Source: an uncultured Alphaproteobacteria bacterium (GTDB lineage: Bacteria; Pseudomonadota; Alphaproteobacteria; RF32; CAG-239). Taken from it: DNA of 54,436 nucleotides. Below are positions 1 to 9,314 of the stretch, in pieces. Position 1 is the stretch's first letter; each line of letters starts with the position of its first letter. Position numbers and translations under genes: made by a program. The stretch is taken from NCBI GenBank assembly GCA_944392325.1, contig CALXWI010000001.1:1-54436 (forward strand). The letters run 5' to 3'. Under the pieces are notes generated by a model. It was not told the DNA's origin, did not search any database, and saw only the letters and a program-made list of their open reading frames with translations.

Positions 1-42
1 AATATCTAAATGAAAAAAAATTGTGTATTGTAAAAAAATGTG

Positions 43-71
43 TTGACGGAGAGGGAAAGTTAAGTTAAATA
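43..71 (+). promoter_or_regulatory. candidate sigma70-type promoter for tRNA-Ser
   Basis: TTGACG (43-48), 17-nt spacer, TAAATA (66-71), about 20 nt upstream of the tRNA 5' end. Motif match by eye only. Confidence 0.3.
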
Positions 72-93
72 TGTTGTTCGTAGCGATGCTGAT

Positions 94-181
94 GGAGAGT
101 TGGCAGAGTGGTAATGCAGCGGATTGCTAATCCGTCATCCCGAATAGGGATGCACTGGTTCGAGTCCAGTACTCTCCGCCA
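94..181 (+). tRNA. tRNA-Ser (anticodon GCU), class II with long variable arm
   Basis: Acceptor GGAGAGT/ACTCTCC. Anticodon stem GCGGA/TCCGT with loop TTGCTAA (anticodon GCT). Long variable arm CATCCC-GAAT-AGGGATG. T-loop GGTTCGAGTCC. Encoded 3' CCA. Confidence 0.92.
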
Positions 182-252
182 TTGAGAAGGGGTTTGAATG
201 TTGCTTGCAAGAGCGGCGCTTGAACTCCTTTTTTTGTTGCTTGGGAGGAAGT

Positions 253-516
253 ATGGGATTTTATCTGAAAAAAGGTTTTAATTTGGGGCCGGTGCGGATT
301 AATCTGTCAAAATCAGGTCTTGGAGTGTCGGTGGGTGCAAAAGGTTTGCGCCTTGGTGCAGGACCAAAGGGGAGCTATCTGCATACCGGAAGACAAGGCC
401 TGTATTATCGCAAAAGTTTGGGCGGCAAATGGTGGCTAGTCATTGTCGGTTTGGCTATTGTGGCCGGAGCGGCTTATTGGTTGCTGAGCTCAGGAATTAT
501 AACGATTAACTTCTAA
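253..516 (+). CDS. DUF4236-like small protein with C-terminal transmembrane helix
   Basis: MGFYLKKGFNLGPVRINLSKSGLGVSVGAKG... matches the DUF4236 pattern as I remember it. GGGAGGAAG lies just upstream of the ATG at 253, so the ORF-track start at 205 is probably too early. Hydrophobic C-terminus WWLVIVGLAIVAGAAYWLL. Confidence 0.7.
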   Translation: MGFYLKKGFNLGPVRINLSKSGLGVSVGAKGLRLGAGPKGSYLHTGRQGLYYRKSLGGKWWLVIVGLAIVAGAAYWLLSSGIITINF

Positions 517-793
517 GGCTAAAAATCTTTTTGCCCGTCGCAATAGCGTTTGATGGTTGAAAAGACTTTTTGGTAGTAGCTGTCATCATGCGGAACAAAG
601 TCTGACAGCCAATGGTGGCTAGTCATTGTCGGTTTGGCTATTGTGGCCGGAGCGGCTTATTGGTTGCTGAGCTCAGGAATTATAACGATTAACTTCTAAG
701 GCTAAAAATCTTTTTGCCCGTCGCAATAGCGTTTGATGGTTGAAAAGACTTTTTGGTAGTAGCTGTCATCATGCGGAACAAAGTCTGACAGCC
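428..793. repeat. perfect tandem direct duplication, 2 x 183 bp (428-610 and 611-793)
   Basis: Base-by-base comparison of the two units shows identity. The unit contains the 3' end of the DUF4236 gene (+) and the 3' end of the Nudix gene (-). Copy 2 therefore carries a start-less DUF4236 tail, and copy 1 carries an orphan Nudix C-terminal fragment. Confidence 0.95.
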
Positions 794-1343
794 AAAAGTA
801 GCCGGTTTTATATTCCGGAGTGTTGTTTTCATTGCGAACCAGGCCAGATGAATAAATTTTATCTACCTTATGGTTAAACAAGTTTTGCAAATCCTCAAGG
901 TCAAAATCAAAAATGCCGTCGACTTCATCTTCTGACAAATGCAAGTCACTGAAGTCTTTATTGACCTCACAGAGGTAAGTGGGGTTAAACTCGTTATCAA
1001 TATAGTCATTTTCACGGACGGATTTTTTGGTGGTGAAGAGTTTGACCAGCTTTTCAGGTGCAACTTTAAGGCCTAATTCTTCCTCAATTTCACGGATGCC
1101 GTCGCGGTTCTTTTCCCCATGGCGGAGGTGCCCGGCTGCTGATGAGGCTAAAAGGTTGGGGTATAAGCGTTTGTTTTTACCTCGGAGCTGGAGCCATACG
1201 TGGCATTTGTTGTCAGGGGTGCGTTTGATTATCCAGCAACGAAATGCCGTATGCCACAGGCCTTCCTGATGAACTTGTTGCTTGGTGGCAGTGCCGAGCG
1301 GGTTCATATTTTCATCATAGACGTCGATTAATTCATCAGTCAT
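702..1343 (-). CDS. NUDIX family hydrolase
   Basis: Nudix box GHLRHGEKNRDGIREIEEELG (GX5EX7REUXEEXGU). AAGGAGG lies 5 nt upstream of the ATG at 1343 (MTDELIDVYD...). The ORF-track TTG at 1358 is less likely. Confidence 0.8.
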   Translation of the reverse strand: MTDELIDVYDENMNPLGTATKQQVHQEGLWHTAFRCWIIKRTPDNKCHVWLQLRGKNKRLYPNLLASSAAGHLRHGEKNRDGIREIEEELGLKVAPEKLVKLFTTKKSVRENDYIDNEFNPTYLCEVNKDFSDLHLSEDEVDGIFDFDLEDLQNLFNHKVDKIYSSGLVRNENNTPEYKTGYFWLSDFVPHDDSYYQKVFSTIKRYCDGQKDF

Positions 1344-1363
1344 AAGGGCCTCCTTCAAGTGGT

Positions 1364-3115
1364 TTATGCGGCGGTGAAGACTACTCCTTCGACATTTTGT
1401 CCGGCTTCTTGCCGTAAGGTTACGGAATATTGATTTATGGTAGAATAGCCGATTTTCCTTAACAAAGTGTTAATCGCGTCGGGGTTGTGTTTAAAACGTC
1501 CGGTTGTGGTCAGCTCAAAGGGCGTATTTGCTTGGCTTTTTTCAACTGAAAAGCAAATCGGGTGCGGAAAAGTCAGCCCTAATAGCGGAGATAAATCGCC
1601 AAAGTAGCAAAAGACATCAGCGGCGATAAATTGAACCATAGAGGGGAGGGAGTAAGTGCTTAAAAAATGCAGGATATCTTGCTCAAAAAGCTGAGAATAT
1701 AAATGTTTGGCCGCGGCGAGCTTGAGCATTTCGGCTGAGATGTCAACCCCAATAAAATTGTTATGAGGTGATTTGAACTGCTCGGCAACCAAGCCGGTGC
1801 CGCAGCCTAAGTCAACTATGTTTCCTGATAATTCACCTAAAATGATTTTGAGCTGTTGCGGCAGGTTATAAGCGATTTTTTGCAACTTGGCTTCATATTC
1901 AGGGGCAAAGATGTTGAACAAGTCGCGGCTGTAAGCGGAAGATTGTGTTTGAGTGTCTGCTTTGTGGTCAAGAGCCGATGACATGTGCTGGGCAAAGCTA
2001 TTATCAGGATAAGATTTAAGCCAGTTAGCGGCAATTTGTGCGGCTTTATCAGGCGCAGAGACGGAGAATAGGCTTAAAGTTTCGGCAATATTGGCAGAAA
2101 TGGCGGTTTGTTGCGGGGCAAGGTGCAATGCATTGAAAAACAGGCCGAGGGCTTCCTCATAATCTCCAAGGTCACGGGTGATGATGCCCAGATTATTGCT
2201 GATTTCAGGCGATGAAGGGGATAAGATTACCGCTTTATGGTAGATTTCAACTGCTTCTTGAGTGCGGTGGTCGCGGTAGAGCATATCGGCATAATTTATC
2301 AGAATATCGGCACGTACGGGAGCATAGTCCAGAGCTTGCTTGTACAGAGTTTCAGCGGCAGAAAATTGTTTATTCAGGGTCAGAATGTCAGCCATATTTT
2401 TTATGGCATCAACATTAGACGGCTGTAATTGCATAACTTGGGTGTAATAACTTTGAGCCGTGTCGTTTTGCCCTTGGCTATGGTACAAATCGCCTAGCAG
2501 TAACAAAATCTCAGGATTGTCAGGGGACAGGGTCAAGGCTTGGGTAGCGTAATCAACCGCCGGTTTATATTCGTTCCGTTGGCGGTAAAGGCGGCTAAGA
2601 GCAAAAAACGGCTGCGGAAATGATGAATAAGCACTACAAAGTTTGGTAAGCTCGGCTATGGCATCAGATGATAATTGTGCCAATTCAACTTTAGCCTCAA
2701 CATAATCAGTATCGATAGCAACGGCTTGGGTAAAATATTGGCTGGCACGAGAAAAATCATGGCGGAGCTGAGCTAGGTGGCCGAGTTCAAATAAGGCCTC
2801 CTTAAAATCAGGTTTATATTGCAGAGCCTGCAAAAACATATCTTCGGCTTGGTGTAATTGTTTGAGATTAAGAAAGGATAAGCCTAAGTTAAAGTAATAC
2901 GGGGCAAAATCAGGGGTGATTTTAAGCGCTTGAGTAAACAAGGCTGCAGCTTCCTCATGTAGCCCTTTGCTTTGGGCAATGAGCCCAAGAAGGTTGATTA
3001 CATCAGGGTTTTGCGGTGCAGTTTCAAGAATTTGGCGATAGATTTGCTCGGCTTCATCAAGACGGCCGGCTTGGTGTAATTGCAGAGCTTGAGAAAATAA
3101 CAAATCATATGACAT
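1364..3115 (-). CDS. TPR-repeat protein fused to a class I SAM-dependent methyltransferase domain
   Basis: The N-terminal ~380 aa are tandem TPR-like units (repeated A..Y...L...P pattern). The C-terminal part has the SAM motif I VDLGCGTGL. Appears to form an operon with the downstream Nudix gene (20-nt gap). Confidence 0.75.
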   Translation of the reverse strand: MSYDLLFSQALQLHQAGRLDEAEQIYRQILETAPQNPDVINLLGLIAQSKGLHEEAAALFTQALKITPDFAPYYFNLGLSFLNLKQLHQAEDMFLQALQYKPDFKEALFELGHLAQLRHDFSRASQYFTQAVAIDTDYVEAKVELAQLSSDAIAELTKLCSAYSSFPQPFFALSRLYRQRNEYKPAVDYATQALTLSPDNPEILLLLGDLYHSQGQNDTAQSYYTQVMQLQPSNVDAIKNMADILTLNKQFSAAETLYKQALDYAPVRADILINYADMLYRDHRTQEAVEIYHKAVILSPSSPEISNNLGIITRDLGDYEEALGLFFNALHLAPQQTAISANIAETLSLFSVSAPDKAAQIAANWLKSYPDNSFAQHMSSALDHKADTQTQSSAYSRDLFNIFAPEYEAKLQKIAYNLPQQLKIILGELSGNIVDLGCGTGLVAEQFKSPHNNFIGVDISAEMLKLAAAKHLYSQLFEQDILHFLSTYSLPSMVQFIAADVFCYFGDLSPLLGLTFPHPICFSVEKSQANTPFELTTTGRFKHNPDAINTLLRKIGYSTINQYSVTLRQEAGQNVEGVVFTAA

Positions 3116-3363
3116 AGGGCAATTTTATCCTTTCCTTGTATCATTGTAGCCGGAAGTGAAAAAAAATCCAGCGGTATTTGCAGATTTTACTTGAAATTAT
3201 AAAAAAATATGTTACATTCACATCACTTTCGGGAATGTGGATGCATAAAAATAGTGGTTATGTTTCCCGTTCGAATAGGATGGCAGACATATATGTTTGT
3301 GTTTGATTGTTCGAAACTACCGGAACAATAATGTGTTAGTTAAATAATTAAGGATAGAACCTA

Positions 3364-3978
3364 ATGAAAAGTATTGTTAATGCTAAGAAAAAGGCTACTC
3401 GCCGTTATGGTGCCTCCATTTGGGGTGAAAATCATTCTTCTTTTGCCAGAAGAGAAACCGCTCCGGGACAACATGGCGCCAGAAAAAAGAAAATGACCGA
3501 CTATGGTGAGCAATTGTATGCTAAACAAAAGCTCAAAAGCTCTTATGGTAATATTTCTGAAAAACAGTTTGCTAAATATTATGCCGAAGCCATCAGAAGA
3601 AGAGGTGATACTGCTGAAAACCTTATCGGTATTTTGGAATCTCGTTTGGATAACTTGGTTTACAGATCTAAAATTGCGTCTACCGTATTTGCAGCTCGTC
3701 AGATGGTAAATCACAATCATATTTTGGTTAACGGCAAAAAAGTAAACATTCCTTCTTATATGGTTAAAGTTGGGGATGTTATTGAAGTTAAAGAAAAATC
3801 TAAGCAAAATCCGTTGATTGCTGCTTCTTTGGAATCTGCTACTCGTGATATTCCGGGATATTTGGAAGTTGATACTAAGAAATTGACTGCTAAGTATACT
3901 TTCATTCCGAAGTTTGAAGATGTTCCGTATGCTTGCACAATGGAACCGAATCTGGTTATCGAGTACTACTCAAGATAA
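3364..3978 (+). CDS. rpsD: 30S ribosomal protein S4
   Basis: 204 aa. RRYGASIWG...[26 protein letters not shown]..., and an S4 RNA-binding domain ([39 protein letters not shown]). Confidence 0.93.
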   Translation: MKSIVNAKKKATRRYGASIWGENHSSFARRETAPGQHGARKKKMTDYGEQLYAKQKLKSSYGNISEKQFAKYYAEAIRRRGDTAENLIGILESRLDNLVYRSKIASTVFAARQMVNHNHILVNGKKVNIPSYMVKVGDVIEVKEKSKQNPLIAASLESATRDIPGYLEVDTKKLTAKYTFIPKFEDVPYACTMEPNLVIEYYSR

Positions 3979-4003
3979 TAATCAGCAAATACAAAGTTTG
4001 GAG

Positions 4004-4036
4004 CCTCGAGGTTGTTGTGCAATCTCGAGGTTTTTT
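4004..4036 (+). terminator. intrinsic terminator after rpsD
   Basis: CCTCGAG (4004-4010) and CTCGAGG (4024-4030) form a 7-bp stem, followed by TTTTTT (4031-4036). Confidence 0.8.
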
Positions 4037-4107
4037 GCTTTAAATATTATATGCAATATGCTTAGATAATAGCGCTAAGTGAAAATTCTGTAGAAAAGGA
4101 AGGCCCT

Positions 4108-6246
4108 ATGGATGATATTATAATCGACAATAAGCAACCGGTTGAAGTTGTAGTTGATGGAAAAACAATTAGTCTGAGAGCAAAAAGTTTTGGGGCTTAT
4201 GTGTTGGATATGTTCCTGAAAGCTATGTTGATGTTCTTGCTGCTTAGCATAAGTTTTGGGCTGTTTGTGCAGGCTGGAAATTATCCGGCATTTGAGGCAA
4301 GTGGAGAAATGGCTCCGGAGATTATTAGAATATTATCGGGCTTCTTTATTGTTGCTTTAGTTGTGATGATTTTGTTGTCTTTTTCATCTTGGGCACAAAA
4401 CTTGATGTTGGCCTTGGTGGCTGGTATTTTTGTGCTTATGATGTTGGGGCTGTTTGCTACATTTGATCGTTATACATTCTTGAGTGATACTTTGCGGATT
4501 TATGTTAATGAGAGATTGGCGGACTTTGTGTATGGTATCTCAGATATAACACTTGCCTTTTTGGTAGCTGTGTTGGTGTTGGTATATATGTCTTATGCAT
4601 TGCGTCGTAATATTGCTTATTTATTGGGGTCTTTGATATTAATATGTGGGTATATATGGTGGGCTGCTTATTTTAATCGTTATGATACGAATCATTTTGA
4701 TCGCGATGTTGATACTATCCCTCAAACGGGGCAAAATGCGGCAGTGGCGCAAGGGAAAAAGTTTGTTTATATTATGTTGCCCAATGCGGCATCTTATAAT
4801 TATTTAATGGCTATGGATGAGGCTACAGTTAAAGATAGCAAAGTGGCTAATCTGAAACATATTATGTTAGGCTTTTATGCTCGGAATGGGTTTAAGTTGT
4901 TTCCCAATGCATATAATAAATATACAGAGATAGTGAAAAATCAAGTCAATGCGATGAATCCTCTGAGCTCTGATACTGAGGAAAATATGTTTAATCAGGT
5001 GATAAGCGATCGTAGTTGGCAATTTAATCGTCTGAATGACAAAACAGCAGAGCTTAAAAACAACCAATTGAGCTTGGCTTTCAAAAAAGCCGGTTATGCC
5101 GTAAGTGCCTACCAATCAAGAGGATTAGATATGTGCCGTTCAGGGTTGGTAGCTAATGTAGACAGATGTATTAATAAAATTAATGTACCGGTTAATGCTA
5201 AATTGCAAAATATGTCAATAACGGAAAAAGAATATTTGTTGTTGGCGCAATGGCTGGAACGTAGTGGTATGTTAGAAAATCCGTCATTCTTGTACAAGAC
5301 ATTAGATATGGTTGTCGATGCTCAGAAAATTCCGGTTATCGGGACATCTTATGCTAGCTTGTATGTAATCAATGCTCCGGAAACTTTAGAAATTGCTCTA
5401 AAAGATATTGTAGCTGATAAGGGTAACGGGGCTTATTATATTTATGTGGATTTGCCGGCGGATATGTTTGTGTATAATGAATTTTGTATGCTTAAACCGC
5501 AAAATGAATGGCTGCCGATGCATTTGCCAGCGTGGGCAAATAAGGATGCTAAAGATAATTTGTCACAACGCAGAAAAGCTTATGCTGAACAATATATTTG
5601 TTTGTTTGGCAAACTACAAAATATGCTTGATAAAATGGCTGAGGCTAAAATCTTGGATAATAGTGTAGTGGTAATTCAAGGTATTAGTGCTCCTCAAGAT
5701 AAAAGTTATGGGGCGGAGAATCCGGAGGCTCAGTTTGGGGCCGATTGGCAAACAAATGTGGCCATTAGAGATGCTCGGTTGGGAGGATTTGAGGCTTCTG
5801 GCAAAGTATGTTTGGCTCCGGATATCGTAAAGTCTTATTTATTTAAGGCCGGAAATTGTCAAGAGCAAAACTATACGACTTTATCGCAAGCTGCGTTTGA
5901 TGTCGTCAAAGCGAAATTGGGAAGTTTAATTCCTGAGCCCAAAGAGGTTAAAGAAGCACAAAAATACTTTGAAATGTGGTATAAATATTGGGCAAAAGCT
6001 AATGGCATAGACACTAAAAATATGAGTAGTATGGCTAAGGAGGAAAGTAAGACAGAGGTTGTATTACCAGAAATTAATGATAATAAAAATATATCTAAAA
6101 ACATTGAGATAAAAGAAGAAGTTAAACTTGAAGATGAAGTAAAAACGGAGAGCTTAAAGCAGGCAATGGAGAAAACTGCGTTGCAAAGTAATGATGCTAA
6201 CGGGGTAAACAATCAGCCTCAAGAAGGTGAACAGCAGAGTGAGTAA
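4108..6246 (+). CDS. polytopic membrane protein with a large extracytoplasmic domain and a Lys/Glu-rich tail, function unknown
   Basis: About 5-6 hydrophobic helices in the first ~190 aa, then a ~430-aa soluble domain and a low-complexity KE-rich C-terminus. The architecture resembles the TM plus sulfatase-like fold of PbgA/YejM or EptA-type proteins, but I cannot see the catalytic motifs. Confidence 0.55.
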   Translation: MDDIIIDNKQPVEVVVDGKTISLRAKSFGAYVLDMFLKAMLMFLLLSISFGLFVQAGNYPAFEASGEMAPEIIRILSGFFIVALVVMILLSFSSWAQNLMLALVAGIFVLMMLGLFATFDRYTFLSDTLRIYVNERLADFVYGISDITLAFLVAVLVLVYMSYALRRNIAYLLGSLILICGYIWWAAYFNRYDTNHFDRDVDTIPQTGQNAAVAQGKKFVYIMLPNAASYNYLMAMDEATVKDSKVANLKHIMLGFYARNGFKLFPNAYNKYTEIVKNQVNAMNPLSSDTEENMFNQVISDRSWQFNRLNDKTAELKNNQLSLAFKKAGYAVSAYQSRGLDMCRSGLVANVDRCINKINVPVNAKLQNMSITEKEYLLLAQWLERSGMLENPSFLYKTLDMVVDAQKIPVIGTSYASLYVINAPETLEIALKDIVADKGNGAYYIYVDLPADMFVYNEFCMLKPQNEWLPMHLPAWANKDAKDNLSQRRKAYAEQYICLFGKLQNMLDKMAEAKILDNSVVVIQGISAPQDKSYGAENPEAQFGADWQTNVAIRDARLGGFEASGKVCLAPDIVKSYLFKAGNCQEQNYTTLSQAAFDVVKAKLGSLIPEPKEVKEAQKYFEMWYKYWAKANGIDTKNMSSMAKEESKTEVVLPEINDNKNISKNIEIKEEVKLEDEVKTESLKQAMEKTALQSNDANGVNNQPQEGEQQSE

Positions 6247-7255
6247 TTTAGCGCAAAGAAAATGGCAAACTTTTAAGCAGAACCGAAGGGCAAAAATTTC
6301 GGCGGTTATTTTGCTTGTAATGTTGTTTGTTAGTGCAATCTCTGAATTAATTGCCAATGATAAACCTTTGATAATCAAATATAAAGGTGAGTTTTTGTTT
6401 CCTCAAGTTATCTGCTATACAGATAAGTTCTTTGGCGGAGATTTTCCGACTGAAGCTGATTATAAAGACGAGTTTATAATTAAAGAAATTAACAATAACG
6501 GTTGGATGGTGATGCCGTTAATTCCGTTTGCGTATGATACGGTTGATTATAATTTGCGAAATCCGGCGCCAACCCCTCCATCAAATACCCATTGGTTAGG
6601 GACAGATGATGAGGGGCGGGATATTTTAGCCAGAATACTATATGGAATTAGGTTATCGGTTTGTTTTGCGGTGCTTTTGACTGGTTTGTCGTCAATTATC
6701 GGCATATTCGCCGGAGCGGTGCAAGGGTATTTGGGTGGTAGAACCGATATGTTAATGCAACGTTTTCAGGAAATGTGGGAAGCTTTGCCGCAATTGTTTA
6801 TTTTGGTGATTGTCGCTAGTGTATTTGAGCCAACATTCCTGACTTTACTGATTATTATGCTTTTTTTCTCATGGAGTAGTTTAACATCTGTAGTTAGAGC
6901 AGAATTTTTGCGGACGCGTAATTTTGAGTTTGTAAGAGCAGCCAGAGCTTTGGGCGTGGGAAAATGGCGGATTATGTATCGTCATATTTTGCCTAATGCG
7001 GTGATTGCCACGATTACTTATGTGCCATTTTTGTTAGCTGAGGCGATTGTGGCTTTGACGGCTTTAGATTTTTTGGGGCTAGGATTGTCACAAAATTATC
7101 CGTCTTTGGGGGATTTGGTACGGCAGGGAAAAGATAATTTGCAAGCTCCGTGGATTGGAATTTCTATATTTGTGGTATTATCCAGTCTGTTGACAATGCT
7201 GATTTTTGTTGGTGAAGGGGTGCGTGATGCTTTTGATACGAGGAAGAGCTCATGA
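6227..7255 (+). CDS. yejE: Opp/Dpp-type ABC transporter permease, YejE-like
   Basis: 342 aa. HWLGTDDEGRDILARILYG motif and a BPD-transport permease core. The start is uncertain: GTG at 6227 or GTG at 6239, both overlapping the upstream gene's end. Confidence 0.75.
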   Translation: MNSRVSNLAQRKWQTFKQNRRAKISAVILLVMLFVSAISELIANDKPLIIKYKGEFLFPQVICYTDKFFGGDFPTEADYKDEFIIKEINNNGWMVMPLIPFAYDTVDYNLRNPAPTPPSNTHWLGTDDEGRDILARILYGIRLSVCFAVLLTGLSSIIGIFAGAVQGYLGGRTDMLMQRFQEMWEALPQLFILVIVASVFEPTFLTLLIIMLFFSWSSLTSVVRAEFLRTRNFEFVRAARALGVGKWRIMYRHILPNAVIATITYVPFLLAEAIVALTALDFLGLGLSQNYPSLGDLVRQGKDNLQAPWIGISIFVVLSSLLTMLIFVGEGVRDAFDTRKSS

Positions 7256-8826
7256 GCTGTTTGTTGGAAGTAGATGACCTGAAAATAACATTTAAATCTT
7301 CTGGATTTTCAGCAGTTAAGGGGATTTCATTCAAGTTGAAAGCCGGAGAGATTTTGGGTATTGTAGGAGAATCAGGCTCAGGAAAATCAGTTACGGCGTT
7401 ATCTATTCCGGGGTTGCTGCCCCTTAACAAAGTGATATATGGTAAAAAGTCAAGTATTAACTTTGGTGGACAACAGATTGTAAATGCTGATGAAAAAACT
7501 TTGCTTGGTATAAGAGGAGGGGAGATTGGTTTTGTGTTTCAGGAGCCAATGTCATCATTGAATCCTTTGCATAGAATAGGGCGACAAATTGCTGAAAATA
7601 TTATAATTCATCAAGCTAAGCCTGCTAAGCAAGCATTAAGAGAGGCTGTTAACCTTTTGAAATTAACCGGAATTCCTAACCCAAAACAAAAAGCAAAATG
7701 CTTTCCTCATGAATTGTCCGGTGGGCAGAGGCAGAGAGCTATGATAGCAATGGCGATTGCTAACAATCCTAAGCTCTTGATTGCAGATGAGCCAACAACA
7801 GCACTCGATGTTACAATTCAAGCGCAAATTATTGATTTATTGTTAGATTTGCGTAACAAGACCGGAATGGCGATTATTTTTATTAGTCATGATTTGCAGT
7901 TGGTAAAAAAGATTGCCGATTATATTTGTGTAATGAAAAACGGAGAAATTGTGGAGCAGGGTAGTGTACAACAGATTTTTAAAAGCCCTCGGCATGGTTA
8001 TACCAAAAAGTTAATTTCTTCGTCTATGTCTATGAAATGCAATATAAATATTTCAGGGCGTTCTGTCCTTTCTGCACGGGATATTGTGGTGGAATATCCA
8101 ATTAAGAAAAGCTTATGGGGAAGGGTGGTTAAGTCGCTGGCCGCCGTTGACCATGTGTCATTAGATCTTAAATATGGTGAATGTTTGGGGCTGGTCGGAG
8201 AGTCAGGTTCAGGCAAGACAACCTTGGGATTAGTTTTGTGTGGGCTGATTAATTATCATGGTCAGGTTTGTTTTGAAAATAAAGACATTAAAAGTTTGGG
8301 CAATCTGTATCTGCGCAAAAATATTCAAATTGTATTTCAGGATCCATACAATTCGCTTAACCCTAGAATGACTGTGGCGCAGATTGTGGGTGAAGGTTTG
8401 GAAGTCCATTTTGCCAAATTAGCAAAAGAGGAAAAGCTAGCCAGAATTGTGGAGGCGCTAAAAGATGTTGGCTTGAGTGAGGAAGTAATTGATAAGTATC
8501 CTCATGAGTTTTCGGGTGGACAACGGCAGAGAATTGCAATTGCTCGTGCTTTGGTGATAAAGCCACAGGTGGTGGTTCTAGATGAGCCGACTTCAGCCTT
8601 GGATGTGACAATTCAGGCGCAGATTATTAGTTTGTTGCAGGAGCTGCAGAAAAAATACAAACTGAGTTATATCTTTATATCGCATGATATGCGAGCGATA
8701 AAAGCTATGGCGGATAGGATTGCGATTATGAAAGATGGAAAGATTGTGGAGTTTGGACAAGTGCAAGATGTGTTTGAAGCTCCGCAGACTGATTATGCGC
8801 GAGAGTTGATTGCCGCGGCTTTATAA
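7252..8826 (+). CDS. yejF: ABC transporter ATP-binding protein with duplicated ATPase domains, YejF-like
   Basis: Two Walker A motifs (GESGSGKS, GESGSGKT), two signatures (LSGGQRQR, FSGGQRQR) and two Walker B motifs (LLIADEPTTALD, VVVLDEPTSALD). The start overlaps the yejE stop. Confidence 0.8.
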   Translation: MSCLLEVDDLKITFKSSGFSAVKGISFKLKAGEILGIVGESGSGKSVTALSIPGLLPLNKVIYGKKSSINFGGQQIVNADEKTLLGIRGGEIGFVFQEPMSSLNPLHRIGRQIAENIIIHQAKPAKQALREAVNLLKLTGIPNPKQKAKCFPHELSGGQRQRAMIAMAIANNPKLLIADEPTTALDVTIQAQIIDLLLDLRNKTGMAIIFISHDLQLVKKIADYICVMKNGEIVEQGSVQQIFKSPRHGYTKKLISSSMSMKCNINISGRSVLSARDIVVEYPIKKSLWGRVVKSLAAVDHVSLDLKYGECLGLVGESGSGKTTLGLVLCGLINYHGQVCFENKDIKSLGNLYLRKNIQIVFQDPYNSLNPRMTVAQIVGEGLEVHFAKLAKEEKLARIVEALKDVGLSEEVIDKYPHEFSGGQRQRIAIARALVIKPQVVVLDEPTSALDVTIQAQIISLLQELQKKYKLSYIFISHDMRAIKAMADRIAIMKDGKIVEFGQVQDVFEAPQTDYARELIAAAL

Positions 8827-8923
8827 AAAGGCTGTCGTATAAATTTAGAAATAAATTTAAATGCTTCGATAAAACAACACTAAACTATACATAATATATA
8901 TTATGCGACAAATTGTTATGAGC

Positions 8924-8950
8924 GAGAGGGGGATGATATATCCCCCTTCG
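8924..8950 (+). terminator. possible terminator hairpin downstream of yejF
   Basis: GGGGGA (8928-8933) pairs with TCCCCC (8941-8946), extended by CGA/TCG, followed by a weak T-rich tract. It lies about 95 nt after the stop. Confidence 0.3.
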
Positions 8951-9270
8951 TGGCTATATTTTGAGCAAAAACAAAAAGATAATTGTCGTGTGTCAGGTGG
9001 ATGTCGTTAATGGTTAAGTCTTATAATTAAACACAATAAATAATATTCTATTCAGCAATATTGTTTTTTTTGCGTTATAGTGCTGATGTTTTTTATTGAT
9101 GAATGTGGTTTTATTTGCGGCTTAAAAGTTCTGAGAGTTATTTAATTCTAAAACTAACTAAATATGAAGATTGCTAACATAAGTTGCTGATTATGTAGTG
9201 CTGATAATTATGTTATACATCAACTGAGCTTGTTTATGATTAGTGCTCCCTATTCTATTATTGGAGCAAT

Positions 9271-9293
9271 AAAAAAAGGAGGTTTCCCTCCCC
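9271..9293 (-). terminator. intrinsic terminator after the 115-aa membrane protein gene
   Basis: The minus strand reads GGAGG-GAAA-CCTCC followed by TTTTTTT, about 20 nt past the stop at 9315. Confidence 0.55.
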
Positions 9294-9314
9294 TTGTTGG
9301 TAAAATGGTATAAT

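Noticed and set aside
205-252. N-terminal extension of the DUF4236 ORF (MQERRLNSFFCCLGGS)
   Set aside because: The GGGAGGAAG RBS lies immediately before the ATG at 253, and the DUF4236 pattern begins exactly at MGF. The extension overlaps a T-run downstream of the tRNA.
428-793. The direct repeats as a CRISPR-like array or as att sites of an element integrated at tRNA-Ser
   Set aside because: There are only two units, directly abutting with no spacer, and they consist of gene 3' ends. No cas genes, integrase or foreign-looking cargo lie between the tRNA and the repeats, and the tRNA 3' end is not part of the repeat.
3361-3807. 148-aa minus-strand ORF
   Set aside because: Entirely antisense to rpsD, which is unambiguous.
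8919-9011. 30-codon ORF (MSERGMIYPPSWLYFEQKQKDNCRVSGGCR) in the long AT-rich gap
   Set aside because: It has no RBS and its first half is simply the hairpin sequence. It is too short to support from sequence alone.
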